This document shows, piece by piece, positions 17,166 through 25,752 of a stretch of DNA of 30,872 nt. A model generated the notes under the pieces. That model did no database searches, was not told where the DNA came from, and saw nothing but the letters and a program-made list of their open reading frames with translations. Both the position numbers and the translations under genes were made by a program. How positions within the stretch are numbered: position 1 is the stretch's first letter; each line of letters begins with the position of its first letter. The DNA is from Deferribacterales bacterium (GTDB taxonomy: Bacteria; Chrysiogenota; Deferribacteres; Deferribacterales; Geovibrionaceae): contig JBFWJG010000032.1 in the NCBI GenBank assembly GCA_050253335.1, positions 1-30,872 of the forward strand, written 5' to 3'.

Positions 17166-17919
17166 GATTTTTCATCTCCAGTTCCCAGAGGAAAACATAT
17201 TTGAGAAATACATAAAGAAGGCTGCTGAATGCGGCGAGAAATCCCCGGAACCCGTCCAGAAAGCCCAGACGGAGTATATATTTTTTCAGAAATGCCCCGA
17301 GAGGGCTGAAGAAAAGCTTAAAGAAAGACATCTTTCGCCCTTTTTTCCTGTATTCCCCTGCGGAAAGACGGGCATATTTAATCAGCCTGTGCATGTGGTC
17401 TTCTATGTCCTTATATGAAAAATGCTGAAGCTCGCCCTCAAGCCTGCCTGTATCGCCTTCAATATGGAGATACTCGTGCACATCACCGCCGCGCCATTCG
17501 GGTTTTGCGGAGGCTTTCACAAGACGGAGCCTGCGGTCGGGCTGCCATGAAAAACGGAGAAACTTTCCCGCATAGAAAGTGCGCCTGCTGAGAACATATC
17601 CGCTGAAAGCCCCGCTGAGCACTGCGCCCACTATTGAATGACGGAGAGTCTCGTCCGGAACCTCGTCACAGTCAAGTGAGAGTATCCACGGCTGGGTGCA
17701 TTTTTCCAGAGCGGAGTTTTTCTGCTTTTCGAAGCCTTTCCAGTCTTCACTGTAGACCTTTGCACCGAACTTTTCCGCTATCTGAACGGTTTTGTCCGCT
17801 GAGTGCGAATCCACAACTATTATCTCTGATGCTATATCTGCAACGCTTTTCAGCGTTCTCTCCATGTTCGCTTCTTCATTAAAGGAAATAAAGCAGACGG
17901 AAAGAGGAAGCTTAGCCAT
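17155..17919 (-). CDS. GT2 glycosyltransferase (WaaE/KdtX-like, LPS core)
   Basis: NEE, IVVDS.S.D.T, W.GF..QKN, LDCDE, GFLDG.RG. Confidence 0.9.
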   Translation of the reverse strand: MAKLPLSVCFISFNEEANMERTLKSVADIASEIIVVDSHSADKTVQIAEKFGAKVYSEDWKGFEKQKNSALEKCTQPWILSLDCDEVPDETLRHSIVGAVLSGAFSGYVLSRRTFYAGKFLRFSWQPDRRLRLVKASAKPEWRGGDVHEYLHIEGDTGRLEGELQHFSYKDIEDHMHRLIKYARLSAGEYRKKGRKMSFFKLFFSPLGAFLKKYILRLGFLDGFRGFLAAFSSLLYVFLKYVFLWELEMKNRDS

Positions 17920-18901
17920 TCTCCTTTGTTCCCCCGTTTTTGTTTATGGTATTCCTGAAAAATTCTATTGTCTGCCTGAGCCCTTCATAGATGCTGACCA
18001 CAGGCCGCCAGCCGAGAAGCCTTTCCGCTTTTGTGATGTCGGGGCATCTTCTCTTGGGGTCGTCCTGCGGGAGCTCCTTTCGCACAACTTCGGACTTTGA
18101 GCCGAGAAAGCCTATTATGAGCCTTGCGAAGTCCTCCACTGCGTATTCGTCAGTGTTGCCGAGGTTTATTATCTCTCCGTTCAGTCCGTCCTGCACCGCT
18201 GTGCGGTATATCCCTTCAATAAGGTCTGAGATATAGCAGAAACTGCGTGTCTGGCTGCCGTCGCCGTAAACGGTCACAGGCTCGCCCTTGAGCGCCTGAT
18301 AAGCGAAGTTCGGTATTATCCTGCCGTCATTCAGCCTCATCCTCGGGCCGTAGGTGTTGAATATGCGCACTATACGGACATCAACGCCGTGAGTGCGGTG
18401 ATATGACATTGTCATGGCTTCGGAAAATCTCTTAGCCTCATCATAGACTGAGCGAACGCCCACAGGGTTCACATTGCCCCAGTAAGTTTCAGGCTGGGGA
18501 TGGATCTCCGGATCCCCGTAGACCTCGGATGTTGAGGCGAAAACATATCTCGCCCCCTTTTCCTTGGCCATTCCGAGGGTATGCATTGTCCCCACGGAAT
18601 CCACCTTGAGGGTCTGGATCGGGAAATTGAGGTAATCCACCGGACTTGCCGGACAAGCGAAGTGCAGAATCAGATCAACACTGCCCTCAACATGTATATA
18701 GTTTGTGACGTTATATTTAATGAACCGGAAACAGTCATTCCCCAGATGGTGGGATATGTTGTTCATGGAGCCTGTTATAAGGTTGTCCATGCCGATAACC
18801 TTCCACCCTTCCGCCAGAAAGCGGTCGCAGAGGTGACTTCCGATGAATCCGGCCGCACCGGTTATCAGAACTGTTTTCCGTTTATCTGCCGATGCTGTAA
18901 T
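17912..18901 (-). CDS. UDP-glucuronate decarboxylase (UDP-xylose synthase family SDR); start upstream of the ORF-track call, probably ATT
   Basis: In-frame [17 protein letters not shown] upstream of 18790; [49 protein letters not shown]. Confidence 0.9.
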   Translation of the reverse strand: MTASADKRKTVLITGAAGFIGSHLCDRFLAEGWKVIGMDNLITGSMNNISHHLGNDCFRFIKYNVTNYIHVEGSVDLILHFACPASPVDYLNFPIQTLKVDSVGTMHTLGMAKEKGARYVFASTSEVYGDPEIHPQPETYWGNVNPVGVRSVYDEAKRFSEAMTMSYHRTHGVDVRIVRIFNTYGPRMRLNDGRIIPNFAYQALKGEPVTVYGDGSQTRSFCYISDLIEGIYRTAVQDGLNGEIINLGNTDEYAVEDFARLIIGFLGSKSEVVRKELPQDDPKRRCPDITKAERLLGWRPVVSIYEGLRQTIEFFRNTINKNGGTKENG

Positions 18902-20189
18902 ATTCCACCCCGTGTTCCTTCATCTTCTGAGGATCAAAAGCGTTTCTGCCGTCGATGACAAGCGGCAGCTTCATTATTTTTTTAAGCTTGGCCGCGTCAG
19001 CCTCAACAAACTCCTTCCACTCTGTAACGAGAAGAACGGCGTCCGCGCCGTCTGCCGCCGCGTACATATCTTCATAATATTTTATCTGCCCGTCTTCGGG
19101 AAAAAGTCTTGAGAAGTTCTCAACCGCCTTCGGATCGCAGAGACGGAGCTTAGCCCCTTGAGCGGCGAGTTCACGCACTATATCTATTGCGGGCGCTTCC
19201 CTTATATCGTCCGTGTTGGGTTTGAAGGCAAGTCCCCACACGCAGATTTCCTTGTCTTTTGTTATCCAGAGAAGGTCCTCCACCTTGGCGAGATATTTTG
19301 TTCTTCTGGCGGCGTTTATGAAGTCTGCCTCCTCAAGGAGAGAGAAGTCCACTCCGTTTTCTTCGGCCATATTGATGAAAGCTTTGATGTCCTTAGGGAA
19401 ACAGCTTCCTCCGTAACCAAGACCCGCATTCAGGAAAGCCCTGCCTATGCGCTTGTCATAGCCCATTCCTTCCGCCACGAGTTCAATATCAGCACCGACT
19501 TTTTCGCAGAGATCCGCAACCATATTTATGTATGAAATTTTAAGGGCAAGAAATGAGTTTGAAGCATGCTTTATGAGCTCCGCCGCCGCAGGGGTGGTTA
19601 TCAGCAGGGGGAAACCCCTGTCCGTGAACGGCTTGTACAGCTCTCTGAATATAGCTTCCGCCCTTTCGCTCTCCACTCCGGCAACTACCCTGTCAGGATT
19701 GGTGAAATCATAAAGCGCAGAGCCCTCACGGAGAAATTCGGGGTTTGACGCCACATCAAAAGTCACATGGGGGTTGGCATATCTTCTCAGTGTCATCTTC
19801 ACTCTTCTGTGGGTGTTGACGGGAACTGTGGATTTTTCGATAATCAGTTTATAGCCGTCCGCAACTTCGGCTATCTGCCTTGCCGCCTCCTCAACCTGAG
19901 AAAGATCAGCCTTGCCCGTGTCGCTCTGTGGTGTTCCAACGCAGAGGAAAACCGCTTCGGCGAACTTTGCCCCTTCTTCTATGCTGTCTGTAAAACGTAT
20001 ATTTCCCGAGGCAATATTTTTTTTAAGAACTTCCGTAAGCCCCGGCTCATAAATGGGCGATTCGCCTTTTTTAAGCGTTGCAAGCTTTGAAGAAACTTTC
20101 TCAACACACATCACTTCGTTGCCGGTGTCAGCCAGACACGCAGCAGTCACAAGACCGACATAGCCCGCGCCGATTACAGTAAGCTTCAT
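18882..20189 (-). CDS. ugd: UDP-glucose 6-dehydrogenase
   Basis: [21 protein letters not shown], catalytic [26 protein letters not shown]. Confidence 0.96.
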   Translation of the reverse strand: MKLTVIGAGYVGLVTAACLADTGNEVMCVEKVSSKLATLKKGESPIYEPGLTEVLKKNIASGNIRFTDSIEEGAKFAEAVFLCVGTPQSDTGKADLSQVEEAARQIAEVADGYKLIIEKSTVPVNTHRRVKMTLRRYANPHVTFDVASNPEFLREGSALYDFTNPDRVVAGVESERAEAIFRELYKPFTDRGFPLLITTPAAAELIKHASNSFLALKISYINMVADLCEKVGADIELVAEGMGYDKRIGRAFLNAGLGYGGSCFPKDIKAFINMAEENGVDFSLLEEADFINAARRTKYLAKVEDLLWITKDKEICVWGLAFKPNTDDIREAPAIDIVRELAAQGAKLRLCDPKAVENFSRLFPEDGQIKYYEDMYAAADGADAVLLVTEWKEFVEADAAKLKKIMKLPLVIDGRNAFDPQKMKEHGVEYYSIGR

Positions 20190-20236
20190 CTTTTATCACC
20201 TTTTAAAGTAAAATATTTCCCGAACTGAATAACCGG

Positions 20237-20265
20237 ACTTTACCCGCAGGCGGGATAAGTGTCAA
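20237..20265 (-). promoter_or_regulatory. Sigma70 promoter of the ugd-uxs-GT2-lpxK operon with palindromic spacer
   Basis: TTGACA-17 bp (CTTATCCCGCCTGCGGG)-TAAAGT on the minus strand. Confidence 0.6.
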
Positions 20266-20371
20266 TTTATAAAAAAGTGAGAATTACCTGCCGGAACGGC
20301 TGACGGGGCACAGTATAAGCGCCCTTGAAATGTTCCGCCATGTATTTATATTATATCCGAAGGAGATAGCC

Positions 20372-21208
20372 ATGAAACTACGCACCATAAGAGAAACAGT
20401 GACGGGCAGAGCCTCCGTTGACGGGGCGGGAGTGCACCTCAACCGTGTGCTGAGCAGAAGAAACGCGGAGAAGTTCGACCCCTTTCTCCTTCTGGACGCC
20501 TTCGATTCCACAAATCCGGCGGACTACATCAAAGGCTTCCCCATGCACCCCCACAGAGGGATTGAGACTGTGACTTATCTTATAGAAGGGGAGATCGAGC
20601 ATCAGGACAGTCTGGGAAACAAAGGAGTAATCACCTCCGGCGCCTGTCAGTGGATGACCGCCGGAAGCGGCATACTCCATCAGGAAATGCCTCAGCCCTC
20701 CCCTCGGATGCTCGGCCTTCAGCTTTGGGTGAACCTAGCCGCAAAAAAGAAAATGACCGAACCCGCCTACAGGGACATAACGCCTGATCTGGTGACAAAA
20801 GTTGAGGACGAAACGGCGGCCGTTGCGATTGTTGCGGGTGAATATAAAGGATACCACGGCGGAATGACGGGGGAGCACCTTCCGGTGACTTTCCTTGATG
20901 TTACGCTGAAACCCGGGCAGACATGGACTTACACTACGCCTGCGGATGAGAATCTCTTCGCATATATTATGCAGGGGGAATGCAGCTTCGCGGACTCCGC
21001 TCCCTCAAGCGCAAAACAGGCGGTTCTCTTCACCGAAGGGGACACATTCAGGGCATATTCAGAAAAAGACGCAAGGTTCATCCTTGTGCACGGACACCCC
21101 CTTAATGAGCCCATCGCATGGGGAGGCCCCATTGTCATGAACACGGATGAGGAACTTAAACTCGCCTTTGACGAGCTTGACAGAGGCACGTTCATCAAAA
21201 ACCGCTAG
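20372..21208 (+). CDS. Pirin-family protein
   Basis: DPFLLLD, GFPMHPHRGIETVTY, HQDSLG, QWMTAGSGILHQE, GLQLWVNL, GPIVMNT; SD AAGGAG. Confidence 0.95.
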   Translation: MKLRTIRETVTGRASVDGAGVHLNRVLSRRNAEKFDPFLLLDAFDSTNPADYIKGFPMHPHRGIETVTYLIEGEIEHQDSLGNKGVITSGACQWMTAGSGILHQEMPQPSPRMLGLQLWVNLAAKKKMTEPAYRDITPDLVTKVEDETAAVAIVAGEYKGYHGGMTGEHLPVTFLDVTLKPGQTWTYTTPADENLFAYIMQGECSFADSAPSSAKQAVLFTEGDTFRAYSEKDARFILVHGHPLNEPIAWGGPIVMNTDEELKLAFDELDRGTFIKNR

Positions 21209-21247
21209 GCATCAATCCTCAAAACGGTGAAGGAACTAAACCTGCAC

Positions 21248-21274
21248 GGGATTCTTCGCTGCGCTCAGAATGAC
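21248..21274. repeat. REP-like palindrome (GATTCTTCGCTGCGCTCAGAATGAC)
   Basis: Near-identical to 9369-9396. Confidence 0.85.
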
Positions 21275-21279
21275 GCAGG

Positions 21280-21750
21280 CAGCTCCATGGACGGAGTTGC
21301 GCCGTGCGTGATTCAGGCACTCAGGCACAGGGATGTGCCCGTGGAGTGCGTACCGGAGCGAATGCGAGGAACGCAAGCGCAACCAGAGCAGCAAGCAGTT
21401 TTACTGCGCAGGCTGTGAGTGAGAAGAAACTGCAGGACGCAGGTTTCTGCTCACTATGGCAAGATAGATGTTCTCTTTTCTGTGGTAAGACAGAGATTGC
21501 TTCACCCCTGCGGAGTTCGCAATGACGTATACAACTCCATGGACGGAGTTGCGCCGTGAGTGATTCAGGCACTCAGGCACAGGGATGTGCCCGTGGAGCG
21601 CGTACCGCAGCGAACGCGAGGAACGCAAGCGCAACCAGAGCAGCAAGCAGTTTTACTGCGCAGGCTGTGAGTGAGAAGAAACTGCAGGACGCAGGTTTCT
21701 GCGAACTATGGCAAGACAGATGTACCCTTTTCTGCGGCAAGACGGATTGA
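21280..21750 (+). repeat. Two tandem units (period 252 bp) of the long-form GGA-hairpin repeat, each with a ~45-nt codon-like tail
   Basis: 21283-21450 vs 21535-21702 differ at only 4 positions; each unit has hairpin loops ATGGAC, AGGGAT and AGGAC. Confidence 0.92.
21493..21526. repeat. REP-like palindrome variant (GAGATTGCTTC..CGCAATGAC) between the tandem units
   Basis: Same GAGATT...AATGAC termini as the 9368 and 21248 elements. Confidence 0.7.
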
Positions 21751-21752
21751 TC

Positions 21753-21781
21753 TTGACTTTCCATTTTAATCTATATAAGAT
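21753..21781 (+). promoter_or_regulatory. Putative sigma70 promoter of the yceD-rpmF-plsX-fab operon
   Basis: TTGACT-17 bp-TAAGAT. Confidence 0.6.
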
Positions 21782-21892
21782 TTTCCCTCATTTTGACCGC
21801 TTGAAGTCTGCCCTGTTGACAGATGCCGGAAAGCGGTTAAAAATCAAGGGCAGAAGCCCCTGTACGCACAGTTTGCACAAAGGTTTAAGGCA

Positions 21893-22381
21893 TTGAAAAT
21901 CATACTGGAAGACATCGAAAGCACAGGTTTGGAAATTAAGGATGAGAGAAGTTTCGCCTTTGAGGGCGGAAATTTTGAGTCCGTTGTTTTCAGCGGCCGC
22001 ATATTCCCCGTCGGGGACACCAAGACGGAATTCTACCTTGACGGCAGAATAAGCGCACGGGTTACCATGCCCTGCGACAGGTGCCTTGAGGAAATCCGCC
22101 TTGAACTTGCCGGTGATGTGGGTGTCAGGATAGTCAGAGCAGAAAGTGAAAGCCTCCCCGAAGAGATCGAACTTGGGGACGAGGACGCTTCAGCCTATCT
22201 CATAGAAGGCGCGGAGCTTGACACTGACGAAATAACCGAGGCGGAGGCGCTGTTGCTTCTCCCCATGAAGGTTACATGCGCTGAGCCCTGCGGAAGCGAG
22301 CTGATAAAGGGCGAAGACGAAGAAACAGAGAAAGAACGCGATCCCCGCTGGGACGCTCTTGATAAACTTAAAAACAACTGA
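21893..22381 (+). CDS. yceD: YceD/DUF177 family protein
   Basis: CDRCL, L.LPMK..C...C, DPRWDAL; upstream of rpmF; TTG start. Confidence 0.9.
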   Translation: MKIILEDIESTGLEIKDERSFAFEGGNFESVVFSGRIFPVGDTKTEFYLDGRISARVTMPCDRCLEEIRLELAGDVGVRIVRAESESLPEEIELGDEDASAYLIEGAELDTDEITEAEALLLLPMKVTCAEPCGSELIKGEDEETEKERDPRWDALDKLKNN

Positions 22382-22430
22382 CGCCTCCCCGCTCCGGCGG
22401 TGAATGCGCAAAATATTAAGGAGTACTGTA

Positions 22431-22613
22431 ATGGGTGTACCCAAGAAGAAGACCACACGTCGCAAAAAAGGTCACAGAAGAAGCCACCACCACGCAACGG
22501 CGCATTCCTTCGGAAAATGCGAAAACTGCGGTGAGCTTAAACTTCCTCACAGAGTTTGCCCTTCCTGCGGATATTACAAAAAAGTGCAGGTAATCAAGAC
22601 GGCTGAAATCTGA
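22431..22613 (+). CDS. rpmF: 50S ribosomal protein bL32 (Zn-ribbon form)
   Basis: MGVPKKKT, CENCG..KLPHRVCPSCGYY; SD AAGGAG. Confidence 0.97.
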   Translation: MGVPKKKTTRRKKGHRRSHHHATAHSFGKCENCGELKLPHRVCPSCGYYKKVQVIKTAEI

Positions 22614-22614
22614 C

Positions 22615-23697
22615 ATGAGGATTGTGGTTGATGCCATGGGCGGCGACCACGCCCCGGAGGAGATAGTAAAAGGAGCCGTTGCCGCCTGCAACGAATACGG
22701 AGCAGACATACTCCTTGTGGGCAGGGAAGAGCTTATCAAAAAAGAGCTCGACTCATGCGGCAGGTTCCCCTCCTCTAAAATCGAAATTGACCATGCTGAA
22801 GATGTTGTCGCCATGGACGATTCCCCCTCCATGATTGTGCGCGGGAAAAGGAATTCCTCCATACACGCAGGTCTCAGGCATGTTAAAAACGGAGATGCGG
22901 ACGCGTTTTTCAGCGCGGGCAATACAGGTGCGGTCATGGCTGTGGCCATCATGGTTCTGCGCACCCTGCCCGGCATTGACAGGCCGGCCATAGGCGCTGT
23001 TCTCCCCAATATAAAGGGGCACACAGTGATGCTTGATGTCGGCGCCAATGTTGACTGCAAACCGCTGAACTACTTCCAGTTCGCTATCATGGGCAGTGTC
23101 TATGCCCAGATAGTTCTCGGACTCTCCAAACCCTCCATCGGCCTCCTCAGCATAGGGGAGGAGGATGTCAAGGGAAACGAGACAACCAAATCCGTTCATA
23201 CCCTCCTGCGCTCAGTGGGAAATGCAATCAACTTTTACGGCAATGTTGAAGGAAAGGATCTTTTCAGGGGAACCACCGATGTGGTTGTCTGTGACGGTTT
23301 CTCCGGAAATGTTGCTCTCAAGGTTGCCGAATCCGCCGGATGGTACATATCCAAAATGCTCAAGGAAGAGATAACAAGCTCCTTCTGGGCAAAAGCCGGA
23401 GCCCTCATGGCGAGAAAAGCCCTTATGAGAGTGAAGGAAAGAGCGGACTACACAGAATACGGCGGCGCTCCTCTTCTCGGTGTCGAGGGCGTATGTATAA
23501 TAGGACACGGAAGCTCAAACGCAAATGCCGTGAAAAACGGTATAAGAGTAGCGAAAGAGCTCGCCGAGCATGACCTCAACAGAGTGATCCAGCAGAAGCT
23601 GGCTGATTCCATCGGGGTTTTAGAAGTTGACAAAGATGTGTCTTTTTTGGATAATATCATCGGCAAATTCAAGAAAAAAAACCCGCAGGCTGAGTAA
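22615..23697 (+). CDS. plsX: Phosphate acyltransferase
   Basis: VDAMGGDHAP, SAGNTGA, GIDRPA, LDVGAN, CDGF.GNV.LK, YGGAPLLG, GHGSS. Confidence 0.97.
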   Translation: MRIVVDAMGGDHAPEEIVKGAVAACNEYGADILLVGREELIKKELDSCGRFPSSKIEIDHAEDVVAMDDSPSMIVRGKRNSSIHAGLRHVKNGDADAFFSAGNTGAVMAVAIMVLRTLPGIDRPAIGAVLPNIKGHTVMLDVGANVDCKPLNYFQFAIMGSVYAQIVLGLSKPSIGLLSIGEEDVKGNETTKSVHTLLRSVGNAINFYGNVEGKDLFRGTTDVVVCDGFSGNVALKVAESAGWYISKMLKEEITSSFWAKAGALMARKALMRVKERADYTEYGGAPLLGVEGVCIIGHGSSNANAVKNGIRVAKELAEHDLNRVIQQKLADSIGVLEVDKDVSFLDNIIGKFKKKNPQAE

Positions 23698-23722
23698 AAT
23701 CAGCCTGCCTGCGGTGGTATAG

Positions 23723-24700
23723 ATGAATATATATTCAAGATTCCTGGGAACCGGCTCCTGTTTTCCGCCGGATGTTATGACCAACCATGATTTTGAAAAA
23801 TTTCTGGAAACTTCCGATGAATGGATAACCAGCCGCACCGGAATCAAAGAGCGCAGAATAGCCAAAACCATGACCTGCGGGGAAATGGCATACGGCGCTG
23901 CGGTGAATGCTCTGGATATGGCGGGTGTAAAAGCGGAAGAAATTGACGGAATAATAGTCGCCTCGCTCACGCCGGATACCACAATGCCCTCCACAGCGTG
24001 CAATGTTCAGAAAATGCTCGGTGTCAGAGGCTGTTTCGCCTTCGACCTCACAGCCGCATGTTCAGGCTTCATATACGCAGTCAACATAGCCAACGGGCTG
24101 ATACGCTCCGGCGCGGCCAAAAAGCTCCTTATTATAGGGGCGGAAAGGCTCACCGCAGGGCTTGACTGGTCAGACAGAAGCACATGCATCCTCTTCGGCG
24201 ACGGAGCAGGCGCGGCAGTGATAGGCGCTGACACCACCCCCGGAATCCGCAGCATACACGCATACGCAGACGGAAGCTTCGGCAACCTGCTTACGCTGGA
24301 TTCACTGGGTTCCACATTCCTTGCAGAAAGAAAAGAGCGAAACATAGAAGATCACCTGCTCCACATGAGCGGAAACGAAATATTCAAAATAGCCGTGCGC
24401 GCCATGTCTGACGCGGCGGACGCGGCTGTTCTCTCAAGCGGGCTCACCTATGAGGACATAGACTTCCTTATCCCCCATCAGGCGAACCTGCGCATTATTG
24501 ACGCCACGGCAAAAAGGCTGAAACTTCCGCCCGAAAAAGTTGTCATCAACCTTGATAAATACGGCAACACCTCTGCCGCAACCATCCCCACCGCATTTGA
24601 CGGAGTCGTGAGAAACGGCACTCTCAAAAGAGGCATGAACATTGCCTGCGCCGCTTTCGGCGGCGGTCTCACTTGGGGCAGCATGGTTTTCACTTTCTAA
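23723..24700 (+). CDS. fabH: 3-oxoacyl-ACP synthase III
   Basis: TSDEWI..RTGI, AACSGF, FGDGAGA, PHQAN.RI, GNTSAA, FGGGLTWG. Confidence 0.97.
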   Translation: MNIYSRFLGTGSCFPPDVMTNHDFEKFLETSDEWITSRTGIKERRIAKTMTCGEMAYGAAVNALDMAGVKAEEIDGIIVASLTPDTTMPSTACNVQKMLGVRGCFAFDLTAACSGFIYAVNIANGLIRSGAAKKLLIIGAERLTAGLDWSDRSTCILFGDGAGAAVIGADTTPGIRSIHAYADGSFGNLLTLDSLGSTFLAERKERNIEDHLLHMSGNEIFKIAVRAMSDAADAAVLSSGLTYEDIDFLIPHQANLRIIDATAKRLKLPPEKVVINLDKYGNTSAATIPTAFDGVVRNGTLKRGMNIACAAFGGGLTWGSMVFTF

Positions 24701-24726
24701 TAACGAAAATACGGACGGTAAAAAAC

Positions 24727-25644
24727 ATGGCAAAAACCGCAGTGGTTTTCCCCGGTCAGGGCTCTCAGTTTGCCGGAATGGGGAAAGATTTTTACGACAG
24801 ATACGAAGAAGTCCGCAGAATTTTTGACAAGGCTGACGAAGTGCTCGGCTACAGCCTCACTTCCATTATGTTCAGCGGACCGGAAGAGGAACTCAAACTC
24901 ACCTCCAACACCCAGCCCGCCCTGCTCACCATGAGCATAGGCATATGGGAGGCGGTTAAGAATAAAATAAAAGCTGATTATTTCGCGGGGCATTCCCTCG
25001 GCGAATACTCAGCCCTTGTGGCGGCTGGCGGCATAAGTTTTGAAGACGCGGTTCTCGCCGTGCACAACAGAGGCAAGTTCATGCAGGAGGCCGTTCCCGT
25101 GGGTACAGGGGCAATGGCAGCCGTCATGGGTGCTGATGATTCCGTTATAGCCGATGTATGCAAATCATGCAGCAAACCTGGTTCCGTTGTGGAACCCGCC
25201 AACTTCAACTGCCCCGGGCAGACTGTGGTGGCAGGGAATGCCGATGCGGTAAACCTCTTCTGCGAAAAAATAAAAGAAGCCGGAGCAAAAAGAGCGATTC
25301 TCCTTCCGGTGAGCGCGCCCTTCCATTGCAGTCTGATGAAGCCTGCGGCGGATAAGATGGCCGCATATCTTAAAAATATTAAAATAAACGACCTCCACAC
25401 CCCTGTTTTCAACAACGTCAACGCGGAGATTGAAACAGACGCGGAAACAGTGTACAACTCGCTGGTTAAGCAGGTGGCAAGCCCTGTTCTCTGGACAAAA
25501 TCCGTTGAAAACATGGCATCGGCCGGAGTTAATGCTATAATAGAAGTCGGCGCGGGCAAAGTCCTCACCGGCCTTGTGAAGAAGATCAATAAAGAAATTG
25601 AAGTCAGAAACATCGGAACCCTCGGAGACGAGGACGGAATATAG
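24727..25644 (+). CDS. fabD: Malonyl-CoA:ACP transacylase
   Basis: FPGQGSQ, NTQPA, GHSLGEY, VSAPFHC; ATG at 24727. Confidence 0.97.
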   Translation: MAKTAVVFPGQGSQFAGMGKDFYDRYEEVRRIFDKADEVLGYSLTSIMFSGPEEELKLTSNTQPALLTMSIGIWEAVKNKIKADYFAGHSLGEYSALVAAGGISFEDAVLAVHNRGKFMQEAVPVGTGAMAAVMGADDSVIADVCKSCSKPGSVVEPANFNCPGQTVVAGNADAVNLFCEKIKEAGAKRAILLPVSAPFHCSLMKPAADKMAAYLKNIKINDLHTPVFNNVNAEIETDAETVYNSLVKQVASPVLWTKSVENMASAGVNAIIEVGAGKVLTGLVKKINKEIEVRNIGTLGDEDGI

Positions 25645-25650
25645 CCTATA

Positions 25651-25687
25651 CAACCCCATGGAAGGGGTTGCGCCGTGCGGAGCGAAG
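25651..25687 (+). repeat. Dispersed GGA-hairpin repeat, copy 5 (truncated)
   Basis: CAACCCC-ATGGAA-GGGGTTG followed by CGCCGTGCGGAGCGAAG, as in copies 1 and 2. Confidence 0.85.
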
Positions 25688-25752
25688 ACTATAAACTTTT
25701 GTACTAGGGAATAGTATGTACCGTTTCCGAATAGAGTCAGGGAGTCAACAGT

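Noticed and set aside
21248..21750. CRISPR array
   Set aside because: Only two units, period 252 bp, related rather than unique spacers, no cas genes
21227..21896. Short ORFs in the tandem repeat (e.g. 21304-21525, 21556-21750, 21321-21572)
   Set aside because: They run through hairpin repeat DNA with no SD or recognisable motif; only the last ~15 codons show coding-type divergence
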